Positions 24,150-37,430 are shown, numbered from the whole stretch's first letter. The stretch: DNA of 63,956 nucleotides, filler included, from Psammoneis japonica (GCA_008632985.1; 3 parts of 3 records of this genome joined end to end with filler, not necessarily neighbours in it), one strand, 5' to 3'. Notes: generated from the sequence alone by a model not told the origin. Program-made: numbers and translations.

Positions 24150-25172
24150 ATGTCCCTGGCAAGATTTCTTGCGACAACAAGCATGGCCCTTTCAACCAAC
24201 AGAAACGGCGTAGCCATGATTTTGTCCCCGGCAAAAACGTTGGATATGACGCCGCGTGAATCTGGAAATCTGGAATGGACGACGCCAAGCTGCGACGAGG
24301 AAAAGACACAGCAAGTTGCCAATGCAATGAAAAAGCAGAGTAAGAAGGATCTGATGAAATTGTTGGGAATATCAGCCAATCTGGCCGATAAATCTCACTC
24401 GGTACGTCGTAAGCAGCTCGATGCCATGTGAGCTACGCTGACCTCTGCCCATCTGTTGTTCTGACTTACTCGACCTCATTTTTCTTTCTTTCTTTAGTAT
24501 TGGAGTTATTACGAGTGTAATCAAGCTGATCGAGACGAAACTGGCAAAAAACCATGCATCTATGCATTCAGCGGAATCGCATATCAGGGTCTCGAGTCGT
24601 CGTCGTGTTCCGAAGATGCAATTTCTTATCTTCAGAAAAACCTACGAATACTGGATGCTCTTTATGGATCTTTGCTTCCTCTTGATGTTATTCAACCGTA
24701 CCGGCTAGAGATGGGAACACGAAACGTTTTTGGGGATAAAAAGAAAATGTCAGATTTTTGGAAAGCATCAGTGACGGCGCAATTAGTCAAGGAACTGTCG
24801 CAGCGAGAAGACAAGATACTTGTCAATATAGCAAGTGACGAGTACGCCAATGCGGTAGACTTTGTGGAGCTTGAATCCATTGGAACAAAAGTGATCAAGA
24901 TTGTGTTTTGGGACGAAGGTCGAGTTGTAACAGTGCATGCTAAGCGAGCACGCGGTTTGATGGCGAGGTACTTGGGAAAACGTTCAAACGGAGGACATTC
25001 AAAGTTTAATTACGAAGGATATTCCTTTGTGGCTGAAGAGTCGGATGACAACAAACTTGTGTTTAATCGAAAGAAGCAGAAACCCGCCAGAAAGACGACA
25101 AACAAGAGAGCTCAAAAGTCAACAGCAGCTGCTGCCGCTTCTGAAAACAAGAAACGGACTCGTAAAAAGTAA
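24150..25172 (+). CDS. yaaA: YaaA / UPF0246 (DUF328) peroxide-stress DNA-binding protein
   Basis: MILSPAKTLD, LMKLLGISANLA, AFSGIAYQGL, LRILDALYGSLLPLDVIQPYRLEMG, VNIASDEY, VHAKRARGLMARY. GT-AG intron at about 24402-24498; basic C-terminal tail. Confidence 0.88.
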
Positions 25173-25389
25173 GCATTATTTGATGCCTGTTCAGCATTTC
25201 AGACCATGTGTAAGATGTGTTTATTTTATGAAAAGGTTGTTAGATCCTCCATGATCCTGTAATTCATTCTTTGGCTCTTATTCTGTATGCAATGCGTATT
25301 CAGGATCGCATCATCTTGTTACTGACGACACTGCATTAATAATCAAACAAGTAAGCGCCAGCACAACAACAAAGATCCAAGCGTCATTC

Positions 25390-26671
25390 TCAAAGGGATT
25401 CACCAATGCTAAACTGTCGAAGTCGCTGAGGTTTCACCTTGGAAAAGTATCCAAGATTCTGAATGGCAATTTCTTGGTCATCTTCTTCACTTTCACCATA
25501 AATTGTGCCGTAAGCCTCGTGCCCGACATTGACGGTTTTCTTGGTTTGCACAGGACTAGTAGGCGATCCACTGCTGTCAAACGAGGAACCCGTCGAATGA
25601 TGCGACTCGTGCGAGGACGCATGGCGTTTCACGGCAATGTACTGTTGTGGTTTCATAATGTTTTGCAAGTCCAATAGAGTCTTCTCCAGCATGTGCACAT
25701 AGCGCCTTGTCTGCCGATGTTTGCTGGAAACAGAGTATTGGAGACCATTGTCTTTTATAATATACCCGATGCCGAAGCCATCCTATGTTCACGGGAAGTT
25801 GAAAGAAAGCAAGTGTGAGAAGAGGTAGACGCAACTAATGACGGAAATAGACAAACGAGGAACGAACCTGCACAACCGGACCAAATCCAAAGAGACGCAA
25901 GGCGGGATTGCCACAATTGGATGTGGAAAGGACGGTATGGTTCAGGGTCATCCACGGTTTCGATTGAAAGAAACAAGGAACGTCCACGTCGTTCCGTTCG
26001 GCAATACACTTCAAGGCAAACAAGTGACGGTCAACTCCCTTGCCAGCAGCAGATTCCTTGACGAGTCTCGAGTGTTCCTTAGTTGCTTTTCGAAGTGCCT
26101 CGAGTTTCGCCGCTTTTGTGGCATTGCTGTCCATCCACGTACGACAGAATGCAGCTGCCTCAGGCGTTACAGTTCTCATTGCCTCTGTTCGCCCGTGCAA
26201 GAATTGCTTGGTCAAGACCGGTTCATAGGTGCACACAATCTTTCCGTACAAACGATAGTATGCTAGCAGCATGGACATTTGCACAAACGAGTCGGGGCTA
26301 AAGAAAGGAAGAACATAAGATTCAGATTGGCACGACAGGTAAAAACTAAATCGATATCACAATGAGGCTCACCTCATGGAATTCGAGACAATAAGATGCT
26401 TTCCATACGTCTTGAACTCGAGATTCACGGTATCTGTGGAAATGATTTGGTCACCCAGCGCGGTCTCGGCAAAGTGAATGCGCTCCAGCACATCGTCGGG
26501 GAGTTCGAAAACGAGCTTTTTGGGATTCACATCCAACGAAGCATTGCCGTGAGAGTCCAAATGATTGGCAGCTCGCTTGACGGTAGCATGAATGACGTGC
26601 GGAATCCGATCCCCGCCATAAATGAGTTTGGTAATGGACCGAGCAAAGCACACCACCGTCTCGGCAAAGAC
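25390..26671 (-). CDS. Carnitine/choline O-acyltransferase family protein, 3' part (truncated by contig end)
   Basis: FKTYGK, SPDSFVQMSMLLAYYRLYG, TYEPVLTKQFLHGRTE, GKGVDRHLFAL, LSTSNCGNPALRLFGFGPVV; introns near 26300-26370 and 25780-25860. Confidence 0.88.
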
Positions 26672-26771
26672 NNNNNNNNNNNNNNNNNNNNNNNNNNNNN
26701 NNNNNNNNNNNNNNNTTAATTAATTAANNNNNNNNNNNNNNNNNNNNNNNNNNNNNNNNNNNNNNNNNNNN
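26672..26771. other. Artificial contig linker (N-run + TTAATTAATTAA + N-run)
   Basis: A 12-mer with stops in all six frames, embedded in Ns; an identical copy lies at 53198-53297. Confidence 0.95.
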
Positions 26772-29700
26772 CTCATGCGCCATTTAGGCAATTGTTGTCA
26801 CCCCAGCTCATGCTGTTGTCCAGCTCATTTCCGTGACTGTGCATGTTTGAGCAATTGCTCAGCTCAAACTCTTGGTTGGACAAAAAGCCAAGACTGGAAC
26901 TCTTGGTTGTGACCATCAAATGTTGCTTGGTGTTGTGTTCTTGCTCATGTCCATTGTGATTGTGCACATGCACGTGTTTGAGCAGTTTTGTCACATGGTG
27001 CTGCTTGCCTGCCTGCCTGCTGGCCTGCCTGCATCATGGCCGACCACAAGCAAAAAACAGGTCTGTCCTCTTCCAACCAGTCTGTCCTCTTGCAAGAGCA
27101 AACTTTGTAAACCCACTCTAAGAGTGGCTTCCCATTGTTTCACATGCAAAACCCACCTGCTAAAATGGTCAGAAGGTCAACAGAGATCTTTGTGAAAACA
27201 GCGGCATAAAAGAGTGTTGCATCATGGCACAATCAGGGGCCAATGATGGAACATCACCATTTTCTGTAAAAAATCCATGGTGTGAGAATTTACAGAGATT
27301 TTTCTGGGATCAGTTTGATCATCAATTGTCACCATTGTTGTGTGTTTTTAATGTTGTCCATTTCAAATTCAAAATTGCATCTCTGAAAGACCACCCTCTT
27401 GCTCACTGCAACCACCACATCAAGCCCTCCACAGTGTTGTGTCCTTGTTGTTCATCATGGCATCAAAGCAACTGCCTCATCTGGCCCACCACAGCGCATC
27501 CTCTTTGATTGTCGCATCAACAAAAGACTCTGATGATCAAAACAAAAGCAGCCTGCACCCATGATCTGGTTGCCTGGCAAGCTCCTTCAAAAAAAGCTAC
27601 AATGAAGGTTGTCAAGACTGCAAAAGCAAAACCTGCCACATGGATTCATTCCAGGATTGGCACTCAGCCACAACTTCAAAAAGGATGACGTGTGCAATGC
27701 ACTCAAGAAATAAAAACAGGTGGCTGCCAATGCAAGTGAGTTGCACACCATGCCGGTGCTGCCACATCACAAACTCCTTCACCAGTCATCACCCAATCAA
27801 CTTCTGTAAAACATGCCAAGGGAGGCAGACCCAAAAGAGCCACAGAAAAAGCAGCCACATAAAAGCAAGCAAACACCAGTGCAGCACATGTGCACGCAAC
27901 TGAAGACCTCCTCAGGAGACATCACGAGTCCTCAAAAAAACTTCCCCTGGGCACTCTAGACCAAATTGTTGCCCAAGCAAAACAAAAGCATTTGTTGGAT
28001 GATGAAGTCACACTGTCCAAACACACAACAAACAAACAAACAAACAAACAAGCACTCCAAAATGAGTCAAACCCGCAAGGTCTCCATTCACAGTGGCTCC
28101 ACTGAAACCCACACCAGTCAAGCACTTGATGGTGTTGCAGCTGTGTCAAGTCACTGTTGAAACAGAAAAAGTTTCTTGAAGCTGCCAACTTCCTCATCAA
28201 AGGATCCGAGATGGAGAAAGAAGTGGTCAAATGGAGCAGGAAAACTGTGGCTGGGGGAACCATCCAATGAAGACAATCCATTGGTCAAGCTGGGATCCAA
28301 GTGCTGCCAGGGCTTCATGAAATGGACAAGGATGAATTGGCAACAAAACAAAATCAACTTGTACAAAGGTGCCAAAAGGCAGAGGACAGTTTGGTTTTTT
28401 ACTTGCAGCATGCATGCCTGCCTGTCAAGAGATTTCGGCATGTGGGAAGAATGAAAGAGGTGGCCGCCGGAGGCGGCCCAGAAGAATAAACTGAAAAGGA
28501 GAAAGGAAAAGAGAGAGAGGAAAAGAAAGGAAAAAGGAGAAAAACAAGAGAAGACGTTGTGGGGCTGTCAACTTGCGGCCCTTGGCTGGGCTTCTGCCCG
28601 CAAAGCAGCTTGTCTGTGACTTGAGGTGCTGTGGTTTTATGCGCTTGGCAGCAAAGCTCCCACAGCATGCTGGAGAACTGCAGAGTTGTGCCAGTCTGTG
28701 GCACAGCTTGACAGCGGCATCTTTTGTGAGGAGCGCTTGCTGCCAGCCCATCATGGCTTTTTGGGCAGCTTGTTTTCCAAGCCTTGCCCCACCAGCTTGG
28801 TGGCCACTGCCACGGATCTGTGTCTTCTTTGTTCTCCAAAATTCAGTGCACACTTTGGCGGGTTTGGCCCCAGCGCTGTGTCCAAACAATTCTCTGAAGT
28901 TTCCAAGTGAGAAAATGCAGTGTCGTCCTCTTCAAAAGATCTTCACAAAGATCCCTGGCAACAAGCACTGGCCTTCCCCACCCATGCTGTCAGAAGTGCC
29001 TGCCTTGACAAATTCACAGCATCTCTCCCAAAGCATCTGTGGATGCTGTGCCCAAATTTTGGCCTCATGCGTCACAAAATCTTGAGAGAATTTGCGAGAT
29101 TCACCCCATCATGTGCCGCCACCTTTGGATTTCCAGTGCAGCCATGGCTTCTGCAGCAGGCTGTTAACAAACATGCAAAGCAAGTTCCCACTGGGACCTC
29201 AAATTGACCTGCAGCCTTCTTCATTCCGGCTGCACCCCTGCTTGAATTCTGGGTGGCCAGCTGAGCAAAACCTGGCTCTGTCTGTGTTTCTCAGTTCATG
29301 TTTCTGGCTTTGTCACATGCAGTGCAAAGTGCCCTCAGGAAAATGCTTGTGGTTGTGCTTGCCCAATGCTGTCCCATCAGCCAGTGCCTTGTGGCGCAGC
29401 CCAATGCTTTGCTTGCCAGCTCTCCACTGCAAGCTCCTTGTGGCTGGTCTGGTGTCTTCAAGAAGCAAACCACACCCCATTTTTGCCCAAAGAGGGGGGG
29501 AAATCAGACCGATGCACATGCCTGAAAGACACCCTGTGTCATCAGGAGGTTCCACGATGAAAACGAGTGAGACGAATGAACAACACCACATCAGCTGCAA
29601 CGTGTAAAGTGGGAGCGAGATTTTGCGAGCGGTTTTCTGTTGTCTTGGTTGTTGCGAGTGTTGCGCGAAGCCTTGTTGATGTCGAATCTACGCCACAACA

Positions 29701-30420
29701 CACTGACTTTGTACGCCACAAAACTTCAAAAATTTGTTGCTTTTGTGCTGGGTCTACGCCACTGGGCGCATGTAGAATCTTACACAAAAATCACGTACGC
29801 CACTGTGGTACAAAATTTGTGTACACCCTGAACCATTCTACGCCACCAGTGACGTAGGCTCTGGCATGTTTTTTACACTTCTGACTTGAATTTTTCCGTG
29901 CCTGTGACCTGTCTGCCTTGCCTGCCCACCTGAGCCCTGCCCCCAGTGTTCCTGTGCTCTCCACTGGCAGTGGCTCTGGCAGAGCAGCCACCAGAGCAGA
30001 GCCAGGGCCCTGCTGTGCAGCATTGCAGGCTGCAGGGCTGGGCCCTCCAGCTGCTGCCCCCTCCCCCCCCCCAGAGTGCACTTGCCCCCTCCCTGCTGCC
30101 TCAGAGGCGGGCCCTGGCATGGCTCCTGTCTCCAGGTTTTCCTGCCTCAGGAGTGGCTGTGGTTGTTGTGCTGCTGCTGGTGGTGGTTGCTGTGGCAGTT
30201 GTGCTAGATGGACGGGCATCGTGCTGGCACTTTGGGCATTTGTGGGGCACATTGTGTGTTTTTGCCCCTGGCTGCTGAGCGGCTCTTCGATTTCATTGAA
30301 AAGGCATCTGTGGCAGAAAATGAAAGGGGTGGGGTTTTCCCATGAGTGAAGCAGTGGTGGAAGGTGTCCTGTGCCTGGTGATGGCATTTAAACTGTCTCT
30401 TGGGCTTGCTGCAAGCTCTT
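26772..30420. mobile_element. TpA-depleted repeat block, including a possible pogo/Tc5-like transposase relic at about 27890-28450
   Basis: TA nearly absent. Fragments LDQIVAQAKQKH...LSKHT and LGSKCCQGFMK loosely resemble DNA-transposase N-terminal HTH regions; this assignment is weak. Confidence 0.4.
29689..29846 (+). repeat. Array of five TACGCCAC motifs
   Basis: Exact 8-mers at 29689, 29712, 29755, 29796 and 29839. Confidence 0.85.
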
Positions 30421-30730
30421 TAGAAGAATGTTTGAAGCAGTCGATGGGCAATGAGGTATCTCATGTTTGTAACCATTCATTAGGCTTTCAATGAACTCAG
30501 GGGCAACGGATTCTTGCTATCAGGAACTACGAATTTCAACGGAAATAATAATTTATCATGTATTCAACGCTTTACTTTATTCAATAATTTTTTTCATAAT
30601 ATTATCTTCCGTTGGAAATTTCGAATTTTTTTGAAATCATAAGAACGGGAGAGAGAGCAGGTTTTTTTTCTCATCTTCCCTTCTCGCACTTGCTTGTCTT
30701 TTATGCGAGGAACGGATGAAAGAGTGCGCA

Positions 30731-31930
30731 ATGAGACTCTTTATAACAATTATCGCCGTGGCCGTCCTCTCGTTGACTTCTTTGGCAGAGGCTGGCATTG
30801 ACACACAAACGCACAAGGGATTACGAAGGAACGAAGAGAACAATCGCGCCTTTCGCGGATATGGCGGTGCTGCAACAGGTCCACGAGTCTATCAACCTGA
30901 GGACACAGAAGAAGCATCTGTGCCAGTAGCCCCAGAGATTCACACGCGTATAGTTGGCGGAACTATCGCGGGTAGGAATGACTATCCTCAGTTCACGCGC
31001 ATCAATAGAAACGGCTATCGATGGTGTGGAGGCGTTCTTGTCCACCCGAAGTTTGTCCTCACTGCCTCTCATTGTAACTTTGAGGGCTCAAAACTATCAG
31101 TGACCATCAATGCATATTGGGGAGCCGAGGGGGACAATTCGATGGATCGACATCGAGTCGATCGCAACATCTTGAAAAAGATCCCTCATGCCGAATGGAA
31201 TTCGACATCCATGGAAAATGACTTTATGCTGCTGGAAATCGACAAGCCAGTCGAAAGCATTGTTCCTGTTCAAATCAACAAGTTGTCATTTAGGCCCACA
31301 GTCGGCGAAAAAGTTACTGTGGTCGGCCTGGGAAATCTTCAGGAAGATGGAATGCAAGACGGAAAGCATCTCCCCGCAATGCTACAGCATGTCAATGTCA
31401 ACACCATAAACTATACAGACTGTAATGGGAGAAACTCTTACAACGGAAAAATCAACAAGTCCAATATGTTCTGTGCCGCATCCGTTGAGAAAGATAGTTG
31501 CTTTGGGGACAGTGGAGGACCCGCCCTTGATGAGAACGGAGTCTTGATGGGACTAGTTTCATTTGGAGTTGGCTGTGCACGCAAGAATTTTCCAGGTGTT
31601 TATTCCAAAATAAGTTCTGTTTACAGTTGGATAGAGGAACAGGTATGTCCCTCGGATAACAAGCAGTGCCTTGATAGCCTTCCGAAAAACCAGCCGATTG
31701 CAACTCCGCAGAATCGCCCACCAGCAGCGTGCAGAAATCTACGTTCCAATGTCATAATGAAAATTCCTCGTCCAGGATTGGTCAAGTTCAAGTACGTTGT
31801 TGCCTCTTGTAGCATGGTGTCTCGCTCTCAACAGCGATACTGCAGAAAGCGGGACAGGCGCACAAAGAAATTTGTTTGGCAGATTTGCAGACGTTCTTGT
31901 CCAAAACAGTCAAAATGCTTCTCTGCCTGA
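30731..31930 (+). CDS. Secreted trypsin-like (S1) serine protease with a Cys-rich C-terminal extension
   Basis: Intact ORF: signal peptide, R-IVGG activation site, LTASHC, NDFMLL, DSCFGDSGGP, SFGVGCA. Confidence 0.95.
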   Translation: MRLFITIIAVAVLSLTSLAEAGIDTQTHKGLRRNEENNRAFRGYGGAATGPRVYQPEDTEEASVPVAPEIHTRIVGGTIAGRNDYPQFTRINRNGYRWCGGVLVHPKFVLTASHCNFEGSKLSVTINAYWGAEGDNSMDRHRVDRNILKKIPHAEWNSTSMENDFMLLEIDKPVESIVPVQINKLSFRPTVGEKVTVVGLGNLQEDGMQDGKHLPAMLQHVNVNTINYTDCNGRNSYNGKINKSNMFCAASVEKDSCFGDSGGPALDENGVLMGLVSFGVGCARKNFPGVYSKISSVYSWIEEQVCPSDNKQCLDSLPKNQPIATPQNRPPAACRNLRSNVIMKIPRPGLVKFKYVVASCSMVSRSQQRYCRKRDRRTKKFVWQICRRSCPKQSKCFSA

Positions 31931-32370
31931 ATTTCCGGCTTCAGGTACACAATCAACGTAGGATGGGATTGCAAAAAAAGGAAGATGCTAGGCTTTCAAA
32001 ACTCTAGTTTAGGAGAGAAATGGGGATGCGATAGTGTCGAAAGTTAAAGTAAGGAAGATATTGGGATACCACTACGACTAGGGAGACACAATCTGATATC
32101 ACTTTAGAGCCATTAGGCCTTTTGTGGCATTGCTGCTCGCTTGCATCGTCAAAGAGATCAGACACTGTATCCTCAATCGCAGAGGCCACCGTCTTTTTCT
32201 GTTGCTCGTCTCTTTCTTCTCCTCTTCGAGATTCACTGTATTATTTTCTCCGCTGCATCTTCAATTTCAAAGTAATGTTGAGCCACAAATCTGGTGGGTG
32301 CCACCAGGGGTTAATTTTGGTGAATGGAGGAGTCAGACGTCCGTCGTTCTTGACTAGGAAGGAGTCAGAT

Positions 32371-32607
32371 GTCCGTCGTTCTCGACTTGGATTTCCTTGG
32401 TTACGGTTTGACCTCCAACCTCTACTCTAGAAGAGCACCGATAAATCACATGAAACCTAACCCTAGCATTTTCCACTTTGCAAATCCCCGTTCCGTCGTT
32501 ATCGACTAGGATTCCTTGGATTACGGCTTTGACCTCTAACCTCCTACCGTACTCTAGAAGAGCACCGATTAATCACATGAATTCTAACCCTAGTATTTTC
32601 CACTTTG
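32371..32607. repeat. About 120-bp tandem duplication upstream of the non-LTR relic
   Basis: TCCGTCGTT.TCGACT.GGATT(T)CCTTGG...TACTCTAGAAGAGCACCGAT.AATCACATGAA..CTAACCCTAG.ATTTTCCACTTTG occurs twice. Confidence 0.8.
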
Positions 32608-32699
32608 TCAGTTCCCGTCCCAAATGGACCATGGCGGTCGTCAACGTCGTGACAAAAAGAAAAAATAAAATTGTCACCATCACGATTCATAAGACTCAA

Positions 32700-33560
32700 C
32701 GTGCAGTTGAGTCTCATGCTCTTTCGCATGCTCCAAAATGCACAAAAGCCCGCTATCCAACCACATTCGCGACACCGTCTGCACTGTCATCGAAACACTG
32801 GAACTCCTTTGTGGAATGTGTCTCTCCCGCCAACAAGTCTGTCTCCACCCAGCTGGTCTCTTAGCTGACCACCCCCTTGAACGCCCCGCCGACGTCGGCA
32901 TTCAACTCACCCCTGGCTCCACGACACCTGATGCTCCATCCACTCACCACTTCGTGGCCATCGACGTCACTGCACCACCAGCACCCCCGCCTCCTGCATC
33001 TGGTTTGCCTGTCTCTGAAAACAAGGCTCACCTCAGCAGCACACGGGACAAGCTGGTTGGTCACTCTGCACCATCCGCCCCCAACTCCGACATCATCGAC
33101 GCCATCAACCAAGCCGGACTCTTCCTTCTCCCTTTCACATTCGACCACCTTGGTGGCATCGGACATCACTTTCGCACTTTCTTTTTTGGCACCTCTGCCT
33201 CAACATCCGCCTCCACCCCACCCCTTCCTCCCAAACCACCCTGGACAAGTCCATCCACCCTTTCCAACTCTCAAGCATCCTTTTCTGCTTCCACCAACTC
33301 ACTGCTCGCCCCCTCCAACCTCCTCGCCCGATCCAACACGGCCTGGAAACTGCTTTCTCCTGACCATTTGGGCTCCTCTTGTCACACCGCTGCACCTCAA
33401 CTTTGGGTCTCTCAAATTCTCAGCCTCAACTTTGGCTGCGCCCTCTCCCACCATCTCTCTTCATGCCAAGACCAACTTGTTCACCATCCCACTCTCACTG
33501 ACAACTCTTCATCTCGACCATCTGTCCGCACTTTGGGCCCACCTTTTTTCTCTCCATCAC
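32700..33560 (+). mobile_element. 3' end of a restriction-like-endonuclease (RLE/CRE-type) non-LTR retrotransposon, degenerate
   Basis: KSPLSNHIRD, RPADVGI, VAIDVT, ENKAH..RDKL and LLPFTFDHLGGIG follow the PD-(D/E)xK RLE C-terminal pattern. Confidence 0.6.
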
Positions 33561-33599
33561 CCCACCACACACAGACCACCAAGGTCTGCATGGAACAGG

Positions 33600-36500
33600 T
33601 GCTGAGCGTGCGGACGACAAACGCACTCGTGCTGCGTCAGGCACGAGACGACCTGGTGTGCGAACTAGCTGAGGCCAATGAGAGAACAACAACGAGGCAG
33701 TTGAACCTCATTGTTTCGATTGCGACACTGCTGCCATGGTCAAAACAATTTGTTGCAACAAGTGGTTGTGTCTCTGCCAGATGTGGCTGCACCCAACCCT
33801 GTCAACTGCAAGACCCTCTGTGGGTCCCTGCCGGATCCGTTGGCTGGAGACTGCCAAGCTTGTTTGGAGCCTTTCTCGCTAAGAGTGCAGAGGCCCCAGC
33901 CGCTTTACGCGATGGGGTGCTCGTGGCAGGCAACGAGGTGCCCAAGTCTTCTTGCATCTGGTGGGCGAGCCCGCCCCGACCATTCACGTGGTGCACCGCA
34001 CAACATGCCATGCACCCACGTCAGGCCTTGCCACGCCGTGGAACAACCGTTCTTTCACCTTTGCATCCAACATTGGCCCCAGAAACCAGGTCATGGTCAT
34101 CACCTGGCCAGCCAACCCATTTGCCTGCACTCAGCCCGTGAGACTGCCCATGCTGGACGACATGCAGAATCAATGGGTCACCGCTGCTGGTGCTGACTGC
34201 CTTGGTCCTTGTGCCGCCGGGGAGCCCCCATCAAGGAAGTGCACACCCGTTTCTTGATGCCCATCCCAACGGCATGTGCCTTGCTTGCTGTGGCCCGGCA
34301 GACCTTCACACCCCAACAGTTCTGGATGGACGTTGTCCAGCTCATCATCGCTGATGGCCGGGGAGCCACATGTGCTCCGCTTCTCGATTGGGCTTGCGTG
34401 GCCTGCACGTGTTGCACTGGCGATGCTGTGGGAGATCCCATCCAACTGCCTGGTGTCTCCCTGGTCGCCCCGGTGGCACCTGCAGTGGACACCCACCTGA
34501 ATCGCCATGTCTGGTCCTGGCTCACCCAGGACTTGCCCACACTCACCAACCGCACTGGCACCACCAATGCCATCCTCACCCAGACGCTCCAGGCCATGAA
34601 CACAGAGTTTGCCCAGCAGCGTGCAGAAGCCGCTGCTGCATGCACCGCAGAGCGCGCCCCGAAGACGCCTGCTGAAAATCCCCTCAGATCATTGTGAGTG
34701 TCCGTCGGATGTGTGAGGTCACCACTGATGCAGGTTTGCCCAAGATGTGGCGCGTCCTTGCTGGCACCAGAAAAGGTGAAGTGATGTCTTCCAAGCGCTT
34801 CTGGATCAACGAGCACAACAAGTGGGCACCATCACTGATGCACCCATCCTTGCACCGGAACTGTTCGAGCATTTGAAAGGTTTCTAGTTGGGCAGTGCTG
34901 ACCCTCAAGACATCAACAGTGGTTTGAGCATCTTCTTGATGATCGCAGGGACGAGTGCTCAGTCCAACAAGCTCGTACCCGCTCTGTTGTGTTCCAGCAA
35001 TTGCACGCCGGTGGTGCTGTTCCAGCACTGTCGGATGTGTTGCAGTTCAACGACTCAGCCCCGGTCGTCTTGGACAGTCTGTTGAGTTTCCTTGGGACCC
35101 ACTGTGCCTGCGGCATCCTCCTCGAGGTTGCACTGGGACCGGCTCACCGCCTGTCGCAGTCCTGTTGTGCCAATTTTTCTTGCCCGGCTTGGAGTTGATG
35201 GCAACTCAGCTCAAGGAACACCTGTCCCTCCACTCGCCGGACCAGTGTTCCAGCATCCTTGCTCGCTGCTGCCGCCACACTCAGTTGAACATGGTCTCAT
35301 GCTTCAATGCAGCGCCCAGGCTCAGCAACACCATGCTGCTCCCGAATCTCAAGGATCTGGTCAACATCATGTGTGTGGAAGGACACGCGAGCCGCTTGCC
35401 TCCCATCCCACCTCAATTCTCATGACAGGTGCCAGTGCCGCCTTGTCCCATGGGCCTGAGCCCTTGGAACCCCAATGTTGCGGTTCGCCAGGATCCGCCC
35501 CCCAGCACGGATCTCCAGAGGTGCTGGGCCACACACGGAGGAACACTGCGGGAGCTCACAAACTGCACATCACACCCTTGCCACTCATGGATGACAGCAT
35601 GACCGAGATTTGTCTCTCAGCACACCTCCACGGCTCCTGCAATTTTCCGCATTGTTCACACAGCGCGACGCATGACAAAACACTCAGCACAACCAAGACC
35701 CAGCAAGTTCACGCACATCTAGATGTGCACAGCATTTCACCCCTCTGACAGGGTGGGTGGCCAGGCCCAGACCAAGGTTTGGGATGTCAGCCACCACATC
35801 CTTTTGATGTCAAACCTTGGTTGTTTCTGACCTGCAGACTGTGCAGTGTCCCGGCTGACACAAGCAAGGACACAGACAAGGAGCTTGAGACTTCTACACC
35901 CATGCCACTGATGCCACCACAGAAGAAGCCATGCACTGGTTCTAAGTGACCCGCAGCGTTTGGGCTGCTGAGCAATGATCACCTGGGTGAGCACATTAGA
36001 AAGGCCGTGACATGCCACTTAAATTCTCGTGACTGGAAGCAGTTCGTCCACAGGTCCCAAGGCCAACTGCATGTCTCTGAGCATGCACACAGCCAGCCAC
36101 AACGGGCCGCATCATGCCTCAACCAGCTGCAACGTGAAGGTTCTCCTGCACGGGTCTCTGGCAACCCGTGGTCCCCAACACTTCTTGATGAGAAAATCAT
36201 GCGGGGACCACACAAGTCCACCATCGAACACAACGAGTTTGCACACAAAGAAATGGTGGATTTTTGCGCAAAAGGTTTTTGGCAGGTTCTTCCATGTGAA
36301 CTGGTCAGGGATTTGCCGGGGCTGCATCTCTCACCATTGGGCGTGGTGCCACAGCATGACCGTCGACTGCGACTGATCGTGGACCTGAGGTTTTGGGGGG
36401 TCAATGATCACACCGTCAAGTTGGCACCACCGGAAGCCATGCAGTTCGGTTGTGCTTTGCAGTGCCTGCTCTGCCAAATTCGGCACACCAACCCCCATTG

Positions 36501-37430
36501 TTGTGGGCCGGTCTGTCTAAACAAGACAGACATTTCTGATGGTTTCTGTCAAATCCAGTTGCGCCCGGAGGACGCACTGGCCCCAGCAGTTGTGCTGCCT
36601 TGCGTCAACAACAGCCCGCTGTTGGTGGCCATTCCACTCAGTCTTCCCATGGGCTGGGTGGAATCGCCCCCAACATTTTGTGCAGCAACCAAGACAATTG
36701 CTGATCTCACCAACCGGTGCTGCCGAGCCACTCTGCAAGTGCACAGGCGCCCACACCACCTGGAGCATCATGCCAAGTCGCCACCAGCACGATGAAATTG
36801 ACACCCGAGGCATGACCCCCTCATTGTGCCTTGCTTCCTGCACCTGCGCACCGCACGGCGTCGCCCCTCAAGCATCTGCTCATGCACACCGATGCACAAG
36901 TGGATGACTTTGTAAGCATCGTGCAAGGTTCCAGGCATTGCCGTCGGCTTGCTTGCCGCATCCTCATGCACACTGTTGATGACATGTTTCGTCCCCTGTC
37001 ACTGGAAGAAGCCTCCACTCACAAGGAACCAATTTCTGTGAGAAAGCTCAAACAGGGCAACACCTCCTGGGAGACCATTGGCACTGCACTGGGGTGGGTG
37101 ATGACACCCTCCAACAGACCATCACATTGCCACCACACCGCATGGCACGTCTCTTGGGCATTTTTGATGAACTGTGCGACGTGCGCGAGTTTCTGTCAAG
37201 ACCCGGGGGAGCTACGCAGCATGGCAGCAGCTGCACCCGGGGGGCGCAGTTCATTCAGTCTCCTTCAAATGGGTTTTCGCCACAGCGACCGCTCGCGCAT
37301 TTGCATCAATGCTGCCATGCGCGCTCAACTGGATGGCATGGAAGCTCTCGCTTGGGACATTGTCTCCAGACCCACGCGACTGGCAGAAATTGTGCCGGAC
37401 GCGCTGTCCGCCAGCAGATGTGACTCAAGA
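33600..37430 (+). mobile_element. DIRS/Ngaro-like (tyrosine-recombinase class) retrotransposon relic: gag-like region plus RT; TpA-depleted
   Basis: RT motifs LSPLGVVPQ..RRLRLIVDL, APPEAMQFG.AL, KTDISDGF, LPMGWVESPPTFC, VDDF, EPISVRKL, LGW, GELRSM. Upstream Cys/His knuckle ICLSAHLHGSCNFPHC. No recombinase was seen. Confidence 0.78.

Noticed and set aside
4882..25172. Frameshifts in host genes as pseudogenisation or programmed frameshifting
   Set aside because: Single-base indels occur in several unrelated genes with otherwise intact motifs, often at homopolymers; sequencing error is more likely.
26672..26771. TTAATTAATTAA palindrome within Ns (also 53198-53297) as a biological motif
   Set aside because: It is an artificial six-frame-stop linker; adjacency across it has no biological meaning.
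32455..32595. CTAACCCTAG as telomeric repeat
   Set aside because: Only isolated single units inside a local tandem duplication.
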